Of a DNA stretch of 64,000 nt, positions 55,542-64,000 are shown piece by piece. The stretch is from the NCBI GenBank assembly GCA_964016885.1, contig OZ024765.1, forward strand, positions 13,392,001 to 13,456,000, written 5' to 3'. The DNA comes from Eledone cirrhosa. Its lineage: Eukaryota. The translations under genes were made by a program, and so were the position numbers. How positions within the stretch are numbered: the first letter of the stretch is position 1; each line of letters begins with the position of its first letter. The notes under the pieces were generated by a model. That model saw only the letters and a program-made list of their open reading frames with translations, made no database searches and was not told the origin of the DNA.

Positions 55542-55809
55542 CTGAAAAAGAAAATGAATGAGAAAAGAGAAAATAATTTATTTAAAAATTTGACTTGGTT
55601 ATATTCTGTGAAGGAGCTTGGCTTAGTGGTTAGAGTGTTGGGCTTGCAATCAAAAGGTTGTGAGTTTGATTCTTGGACCAGGTTTTGTGTTGTGTTCTTG
55701 AGCAAGACATTTTATTTCACATTGCTCCAGTTTACTCAGCTGTAGAAGTGAGTTGTGACGTCACTGGTGCCAAGCTGTATCGGCCTTTATCTTTCTCTTG
55801 GACAACATC

Positions 55810-57590
55810 ATATATAGTGTATATATCGAGTATAGAGTGTATATATTGAGTATATAGTGTATATATTGAGTATATAGTGTATATATTGAGTATAGAGTGT
55901 ATATGTTTAGTATAGAGGGTGTATATATAGAGTAAGTTGTAATGTCACTGGTGCTAAGCTGTATCGGCCATTGTCTTTCTCTTGGACAACATCATATATA
56001 GTGTATATATAGCATGGAAGATAGACATTAAACGATGATGATGATGATAGAGTGTATATATTGAGGGTGTATATATAGTGTATATATAGAGTATATGGTG
56101 TATATATAGAATATATGGTGTATATATAGAGTATATAGTGTGTATATAGAGTATATAGTGTATATATAGAGTATATAGTGTATATATAGAGTATATAGTG
56201 TATATATAGAGTATAGAGTGTATATATAGAGTATAGAGTATATAGTGTATATATAGAGTATATAGTGCATATAGAGTGTATTTATAGAGTATAGAGTGTA
56301 TATATAGAGTATAGAGTGTATATATAGAGTATATAGTGTATATATAGAGTATATAATGTATATATAGAGCATAGAGTGTATATATAGAGTATAGAGTGTA
56401 TATATAGAGTATATACTGTATATATAGAGTATAGAGTGTATATAGTGTATATATAGAGTATAGAGTGTATATATAGTGTATATATAGAGTATATAGTGTA
56501 TATATAGTGTATATATAGAGTATATAGTGTATATAGAGTGTATATATAGAGTATAGAGTGTATATATATAGAGTATATAGTGTATATATAGAGTATATAG
56601 TGTATATAGAGTGTATATATAGAGTATATAGTGTATATATAGAGTATATAGTGTATATATAGAGTATATAGTGTATATAGAGTGTATATAGAGTATAGAG
56701 TGTATATATAGAGTATAGAGTGTGTATATATAGAGTATAGAGTGTATATATAGAGTATATAGTGTATATATAGAGCATAGAGTGTATATATAGAGTATAG
56801 AGTGTATATATAGAGTATAGAGTGTATATATAGAGTATAGAGTGTATATATAGAGTATAGAGTGTGTATATATAGAGTATAGAGTGTATATATAGAGTAT
56901 ATAGTGTATATATAGAGCATAGAGTGTATATATAGAGTATAGAGTGTATATATAGAGTATAGAGTGTATATATAGAGTATATAGTGTATATATAGAGTAT
57001 ATAGTGTATATAGAGTGTATATATAGAGTATAGAGTGTATATATAGAGTATAGAGTGTGTATATATAGAGTATATAGTGTATATATAGAGCATAGAGTGT
57101 ATATATAGAGTATAGAGTGTATATATAGAGTATAGAGTGTATATATAGAGTATATAGTGTATATATAGAGCATAGAGTGTATATATAGAGTATAGAGTGT
57201 ATATATAGAGTATAGAGTGTATATATAGAGTATATAGTGTAAATATAGAGCATAGAGTGTATATATTGAGTATAGAGTGTGTATATAGAGTATAGAGTGT
57301 GTATATATAGAGTATAGAGTGTATATATTGAGTATAGAGTGTATATATAGAGTATAGAGTGTATATATAGAGTATAGAGTGTATATATAGAGTATAGAGT
57401 GTATATATAGAGTATATAGTGTATATATAGAGCATAGAGTGTATATATTGAGTATAGAGTGTATATATAGAGTATAGAGTGTGTATATATAGCATAGAGT
57501 GTGTATATATAGCATAGAGTGTATATATAGAGTATAGAGTGTATATATTGAGTATAGAGTGTATATATAGAGTATATAGTGTGTATATTT
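55810..57590. repeat. ~20-bp minisatellite
   Basis: tatatatagagtatagagtg. Confidence 0.92.
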
Positions 57591-57853
57591 ATATATATTA
57601 CCCAACTATGAGTTAAACAGTCTCCCCAACCCACAATTGGCCAAGTGTGGTCAGTACAGCTACACGCCTGACATGACCAAATCAGAAAATGGTGGAGGTC
57701 AATCAGGGAGGGGTTCCTCTGGTAGGGGTGAAAAGGCCCTGGATTCAATATTCTGTGAAGTCATTTCTATATAAAATAAATATATTTTTCCTCTACTAAC
57801 ATATTGAGTACCTTATTTGTGTACCTGCGGTTTCTTTCCAATCCCCTTCAGTT

Positions 57854-58140
57854 GTGAAGCCCTGTTGGAGACAGATAAGCAACAGAAGACCGTTTGTTTT
57901 CCAACAAGACTCCACACCTTCTCACAAAGCCAGAACAACACAAACATGGATGCGAGACAATCTCCATAACCAGGTCCCTCCAGACACATGGCCTCCTAGC
58001 TCACCAGACCTCAATCTCCTGAACTATTACATAAGGGGTGTAGTTGAAAGTCCGCCATTACCAGTACAATGTCCAGTATTAGAGGTCATTTGATTTGGGC
58101 ATTCCAACACTTCAGACCCCGTATTAAAGCAGCCATTGAA
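57854..58140 (+). pseudogene. Tc1/mariner-superfamily transposase fragment
   Basis: FVFQQDSTPSH...WPPSSPDLNLLNYY resembles the FQQDxAPxH and WPPxSPDLNPxD catalytic-domain motifs. Confidence 0.75.
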
Positions 58141-58569
58141 GCTAACTACGATTTCATTAAATAGATATCATATATATGTTGTAAATAATATTTGTGCCAA
58201 TTTGTATCTAAATATAACATTTCTTTGATATGCTATATGTCTTCTTCTTCTTTTCTTCTTCGTCGTCTCCTTCTTCTTCTTCATCACCCACTTATTCCTG
58301 TGGGAGTCATGGGGTCAGAGTCCTCAAACACTCCTTCCAGCGGGTCCTGTCAGAAGCAACTGTCTCCACATGTCCATAGTATCAGAGCTGTGTTCTCTCA
58401 ATTCGGGGAAATAGCAGCTCTACCTCGAGTGACTCTCTGATTTCCGAACTACGCACTTTATTGAGTAAAGTTACTCCAAAGACTAAATTTATGCAAATGT
58501 CCTAAAAAAAACAACAACTTACCCTGCATAAAAAGAAATATACAAAACAAACACTGAAAGGTACTTACT

Positions 58570-58859
58570 TCAGCTGCACACCTTACACTTGCATGCGTGA
58601 ATTTGAGCGTAGTATAGTTGAGTGCGTTTCTTCCTTGGTCCACAAATAGCAGTAACTGCCTGGATTTTCTTTATTTCACCCCGACAACATTTGCAAGCCA
58701 GGTCCAACTGGTGACCTCGACTGGAGAAGAGCATTGGTAAAGATGAACTGGTACCACATGTCCCACCACAGTATGATATCTGGACTTTACTCCTGGAGCG
58801 GCAATAGCCCAAGGAGTCGTGGACAAAGTCCACTTTAGTCTTCAGGTAACAGTTCTCAG
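58570..58859 (-). CDS. C-terminal cystine knot (CTCK) exon with stop
   Basis: cttcag|(T)ENCYLKTKVDFVHDSLGYCRSRSKVQISYCGGTCGTSSS...CKCCRG...ICG...IHACKCKVCS*. CxGxC, CxCC and CxC motifs. Phase 1 joins the previous exon. Confidence 0.9.
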
Positions 58860-58959
58860 CTGAAGGCAGATAAAAACATGAATTAACACAACTAATTCAC
58901 ATATTTAACCCTTTTATTACCATATTTCTAATGAATGACACAGTCTATCATTTAATAAT

Positions 58960-60425
58960 ATAATACTATGGTTTAGTAATATTATATTTCTATGGTTTAG
59001 TAATATTATATTTCTATGGCGGTGAATTGGCAGTATCGGTAGAAGGTTGGACGCCATGCTTTCTAGCATAGTTACGTCCCTTTACGGTCTGAGTTCAAAT
59101 CCCGCGGAGGTTAACTTTGCCTTTCATCCTTACGGGGTCGATAAAATAAAGTACCAGTAATGTTTTTTGCTGGCCTTGTGCCTAAAGTAGAAACAATTAT
59201 ATTTCTATGGCAAAACATAAATGAACTAAGTGAGGAATTAGAAATAAGAGGGATCAGATGCTGTTTACTCGAGAGAAGACTACGTTGGTATGGTCACGTG
59301 ATGCGCATAAAAGATGACAGCTGTATAAAAAAGTGCAGGGCGATCAAAATAGACGGTAGCTACGGAGTAGGCAAACCCAGAAAAACCTGGGATGACTTGA
59401 TAAATTCCAACCTCACACACTTACACCTCTCCAAGACAATGTCACTGGACCGAGATCTTTGGCGCTACACAGTAATACAGAAGACCCGCCTTGCCTAAGT
59501 ACAAAGCGAAACCTACAGTCAGTAGGCACCTCTTAACTTAAATACACTCCCATCCCACTACCCCTACCCCCACCCCCATCTACACCACCCCTTTCGATGT
59601 AAAGCTATGTTGATACCACAACATCCAGTCCTAAATAAATGAAGTCATGTAGGTGTCACGACAAAAAAACACACAGTCCACGCTGTAATGTGGCCATGTA
59701 GGTAACACGGTAAAAACCTCCCAGTCCACACTGTAAATGTGGTTGGTGTTAGGAAGGGCATCCAGCCGTAGACAACCTGCCAGACAGTCCTATACGAGCG
59801 AGCGACCAATCTTGCCTCAAGTGGGACAATTCCCGTCCAGACCCATGCTAGCATGGAAGATAGACGTTAAACGATGATGATGATATTTCTGTGGTTTAGT
59901 AATAATAAATTTCTATGGTTTAGTAATATTATATTTCTATGGTTTAGTAATATATTTCTATGTTTTAGTAATATAATTCTATGGTTTAGTAATATAATTC
60001 CATGGTTTAGTAATATAATACTATGGTTTAGTAATATTATAATTCTATGGTTTAGTAATATATTTCTATGGTTTAGTAATATTCTATTTCTATGGTTTAG
60101 TAATATTATATTTCCATGGTTTAGTAATATTATATTTCTATGGTTTAGTAATATATTACTATGGTTTAGTAATAATATAATTCTATGGTTTAGTAATATA
60201 ATACTATGGTTTAGTAATATTATAATTCTATGGTTTAGTAATATATTTCTATGGTTTAGTAATATTATATTTCTATGGTTTAGTAATATAATATTTCTGT
60301 GGTTTAGTAATAATATATTTCTATGTTTTAGTAATATTATATTTCTATGGTTTAGTAATATTATATTTCTGTGGTTTAGTAATATATTTCTATGGTTTAG
60401 TAATATTATATTTCCATGGTTTAGG
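58960..60425. repeat. 21-24-bp minisatellite interrupted by a SINE+RTE insertion (59018-59882)
   Basis: atttctatggtttagtaatatt on both sides of the inserted block. Confidence 0.85.
59210..59882 (+). mobile_element. RTE 3' fragment with tail
   Basis: Close paralogue of 7533-8207 ([19 protein letters not shown]...). Confidence 0.85.
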
Positions 60426-60712
60426 AGAGAAAAATAACATCTGTGAGGAGCAGATTATATCTTGGAGGTGTAAATAACATATGGGAGGGATAAATCACAT
60501 CTGGGAAGGGCAAATCACACCTGAGAAAAGCAAATAACATCTGGAAGCAGTAAATATCATCTGGGGGAGGGGAATTACATAGAGGAAGGATTAATTATAT
60601 AAGGTGATAGGGAGGGGCTAATCATATAAGGGGTTGGAATAAATTAGAATAATTTGTAGCTAATAATTAATTATTTTTGTGAATTAAAGGTGGAGAAAAT
60701 AAAAGGACTAAC

Positions 60713-60770
60713 TTTTCTTTGGCTGACATATTGGACAACATGTGTCATTGGTGATGTATTGTTCTTCATT
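60713..60770 (-). CDS. small exon completing the VWC domain (CCPxC)
   Basis: ttccag|NEEQYITNDTCCPICQPKK+A|gttagt. Phases 0/1. Confidence 0.85.
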
Positions 60771-60994
60771 CTGGAAATAACAAATAAATAGATGATGATG
60801 ATGATAGTAACAACATTTTTTATGTTGACGATGACATCAATAATGATGATGACGGTGATGATGGTGCTGAAGACAATGACAATGATGATGGTTAGTATAC
60901 AGGTAGTTGGATTCGTAAGGGTGAGGTTACGAGTTCAATTCTCGGACCAGGTGATGCGTTGTGTCCTTGAGTAAGACACTTTATTTCATGTTGT

Positions 60995-61650
60995 TCCTTC
61001 TGCCAGGAGTTGTGACTGACAGATAGTATCAGTAATGGAAAGACTAATGGAAACATTTCCTTGGTCTGATCTGATGATCAGCTCCTTTCTTCTACCAGGA
61101 GTTGTGACTGACAGATAGTATCAGTAAAGGAAAGACCAATAGAAACATTGTTTCATTGGTCTGATCTGATGATCAGCTCCTTTTTTCTGCCAGGAGTTGT
61201 GACTGACAGATAGTATCAGTAATGGAAAGACTAATGGAGACATTATTTCCTTGGTCTGATCTCACGATCAGCTCCTTTCTTCTGCCAGGAGTTGTGTCTG
61301 ACAGATAGTATCAGTAATGGAAAGACCAATGGAAACATTGTTTTCTTGGTCTGATCTGAGGATCAGCTCCTTTCTTCTGCCAGGGGTTGTGTCTGACAGA
61401 TAGTATCAGTAATGGAAAGACCAATAGAAACATTGTTTCCTTGGTCTGATCTGATGATCAGCTCCTTTCTTCTGCCAGGAGTTGTGACTGACAGATAGTA
61501 TCAGTAATAGAAAGACCAATGGAAACATTGTTTCCTTGGTCTGATCTGATGATCAGCGCCTTTCTTCTACTAGGAGCTGTGACTGACAGATAGTATCAGT
61601 AATAGAAAGACCAATAGAAACATTGTTTCATTGGTATGATCTGATGAGGT
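60995..61650. repeat. ~7x95-bp minisatellite with internal hairpins
   Basis: ccaggagttgtg-like starts at 61095, 61190, 61285, 61380 and 61475. Confidence 0.9.
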
Positions 61651-61731
61651 CCACCTCACTCGGCAAGCGAATGAGGTCTGGGATCTTGTCGATCGATCAG
61701 AGCGAGTAGACAGACAGACATACATACTTAC

Positions 61732-61836
61732 CTCTTTACATTCTGGAATCTTACATATTCTGTTGCAGATGCTGACCCCTGCTGTACATTGACAGAGGAA
61801 ACAGGTATCGTTCACCTTGGTCCACATCTCTCCCAA
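61732..61836 (-). CDS. VWC-like exon of the same gene
   Basis: ccatag|LGEMWTKVNDTCFLCQCTAGVSICNRICKIPECKE|gtaagt. GExW...CxxCxC pattern, phases 0/0. Confidence 0.88.
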
Positions 61837-61869
61837 CTATGGAACAGAGAATAGATTGGGTTAACATAA

Positions 61870-62460
61870 TGGTAGTGGTGGAGGAGGAGGTGGTGGTGGT
61901 GGTGGTGGTGGTGGTTGGGATGAGGATGATGGTGGTAGTGGTGATGGTGGTGTGGGTGGTGGTGGTTGTTGGTGGAGGTGAAAAGATTGGGTTTATATGG
62001 TGATGGTGGAGATGGTGGTGGTGATGGTGGTGGTGGTGATGATGATGTTGGTGATGATGGTGGTGGTGATGATGGTGGTGGTGATGATGGTAGTGGTGAT
62101 GATGTTGGTGATGATGGTGGTGGTGATGATGTTGGTGATGATGGTGGTGGTGATGATGGTGGTGGTGGTGATGATGGTGGTGGTGATTGTGTTAGTGATG
62201 ATGGTCGTGATGGTGATGGTGTTGGTGATGGTGGTGCTGGTGCTGGTGATGATGGTGGTGATGGTGTTGGTGATGATGATGGTGGTGATGATGCTGGTGG
62301 TGTTAGTGATGATGATGGTTGTGGTGATGATGATGATGGTTGTGGTGATGATGATGCTGGTGGTGGTGATGATGATGCTGGTGGTGATAGTGGTGATGGT
62401 GATGGTGGTGATAGTGTTGGTGATGGTGTTGGTGATGGTGATGATGATGATGTTAATGAT
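61870..62460. repeat. (GGT/GAT)n tract, intronic
   Basis: Direct inspection; lies between the TIL and VWC exons. Confidence 0.9.
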
Positions 62461-62518
62461 AAAGATATATTGAACTCAGACTAATTAAAAATAACCAGTA
62501 ACGAATAACATAACTTAC

Positions 62519-62724
62519 CTGTTTCTTCTGACCATCCAATGTGATACACTCATTACAGACCGCTTCCTTAACACACTTGTCATCTTTATTTCTGAAGTAA
62601 CCTTTCTTACAGGTACAGCCTGGCTTATAATCCTCGCAGTCCTCCCCGTTGTGATCTTCAAACTGTGACCCACACTTCTTTTCACACAAAGATGTCTTTG
62701 TGTATTCAGAATTGGGAGGACAAA
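62519..62724 (-). CDS. VWF/mucin/SCO-spondin-like protein, TIL-domain exon (gene continues beyond the window)
   Basis: Long pyrimidine tract, tttag|...CAG|gtaagt. CPPNSEYTKTSLCEKKC...C...PGCTCKKGYFRNKDDKCVKEAVC is a TIL cysteine pattern. Confidence 0.88.
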
Positions 62725-63517
62725 CTAAAGAAGAAGGAGAAGAAGAAGAAGAAAAAGAAAAAGAAGAAGGAGTAGATGAAGAAGATGAAGGTTGGATAAC
62801 ATCAATGAGCTTGGCTGGTCCCACTTGGAGATCCAGCTGGATCTGTTGGAGAATGCTGCTTCTGATAGAACCCTCTTGAAGGTGTGTTTGATAAGTATTC
62901 AACAGAGTTATGTTGATAACAGATATGAAGCACTCTACTGTTAAATTTTATCTGGAGTATTATATTATTAACAATAGTAATAAATGGAAAAAATATCACT
63001 ATAGCATCATATTTATTTTATTATACATATTTCTGGGATACTAAATTATAGTATGCTTTCATCAGATAAAATAAGTTGACTGTTGAGGTCTATATTTTGG
63101 GTATGTCACTATCTTATACATCAAATATTATATTTTATCTGATGAAAGCATACTATTATTTAGTATCCTTGAAATCATCATCATCATCATCATCATTTCA
63201 TTTTACGTCCGCTTTTCCCTGCTTGCAAGGGTGGGACGGGAATTGATTCTGGCTTGATTTCTACAGCTGGATGCCCTTCCTAACACCAACCTCATTTACA
63301 GTGAATGGTGGGTGCTTTTTTGCCATTGCACCTCCACGACCACTTTGCAGTGGAATGACAGGGACCCCAGTCCCTATCATCTAATTATATATATACATAT
63401 ATATATATACACACACACACATTATATATATATAATGTATGTATGTATGTATGTATGTATGTGTGTGTGTGTGTGTATATATATATATGTATATATATAT
63501 GTATATATATATGTATA

Positions 63518-63644
<127 letters not shown>

Positions 63645-63653
63645 GTGTATATG

Positions 63654-63701
<48 letters not shown>

Positions 63702-63704
<3 letters not shown>

Positions 63705-63800
63705 GGGTTGGACAAAATAATGGAAACACCTAGCATCATAATTTTGAAATATCTATAAAACCGTCAAAAGCTTGTTTATTTTTATTGTTCTACAGTAATT
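63702..63800 (+). mobile_element. Tc1-like terminal sequence inserted at (TA)n
   Basis: TA|CAGGGGTTGGACAAAATAATGGAAACACC resembles a Tc1 TIR. The partner TIR is not seen. Confidence 0.4.
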
Positions 63801-64000
63801 TTGGGAGCTGTACTTTTGTGATCCTTTCTAACAATTCGCGTAAGGGTCCGACGGTCCCTATCTGAAAGTTTTGGTTTTCTTCCGGAGTTTTGTTTCGACG
63901 AGGAGGTTTTTCTCTCTTTCTCAAAGGGCGGTGGATTGGCAGTATATCGGTAGAGGGTCGGACGCCATGCTTTCCAGCATAGTTACGTCCCTTTATGATC

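Noticed and set aside
58570-58572. TGA as selenocysteine or read-through
   Set aside because: The CTCK is complete at CKVCS, the spliced continuation stops after three codons, and no SECIS was seen.
61966-62484. Gly/Asp-rich and Val/Met-rich ORFs
   Set aside because: Intronic (GGT/GAT)n on the antisense strand of the TIL-VWC gene.
62725-62902. Ser-rich N-terminal extension of the TIL ORF as a mucin PTS segment
   Set aside because: It is the TCT-rich polypyrimidine tract before the acceptor at 62725-62726.

Overview
AT-rich, microsatellite-saturated animal genomic DNA. The repeat repertoire looks cephalopod/octopus-like (inference, not verified). The supplied ORF track is almost entirely low-complexity artefact. 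Reading splice sites by hand gives two convergent intron-containing genes. (1) On the + strand, a 6-exon, ~320-aa S1A (chymotrypsin-fold) serine protease: 20658-20907, 25398-25554, 35841-35965, 37505-37636, 41033-41175, 43700-43855. All GT-AG phases join and the His/Asp/Ser triad is intact. It has a poly-Asp propeptide, no IVGG activation motif and a non-trypsin S1 pocket. (2) On the - strand, the 3' end of a VWF/mucin/SCO-spondin-type gene (TIL-VWC-cystine knot, 62724->58570, with a probable 3'UTR exon near 55.5 kb). The rest is tRNA-derived SINEs, RTE, CR1, Tx1 and CRE-type LINE remnants, piggyBac-, hAT- and Tc1-type MITEs, Penelope-like termini carrying a minimal hammerhead ribozyme, and many minisatellites. 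The most unusual pattern is that two intronic minisatellites in the protease gene are amplified copies of the gene's own splice acceptor and exon start, others are amplified from internal pieces of transposons, and one intron has been inflated to 10.3 kb by an almost pure C/A-strand repeat.
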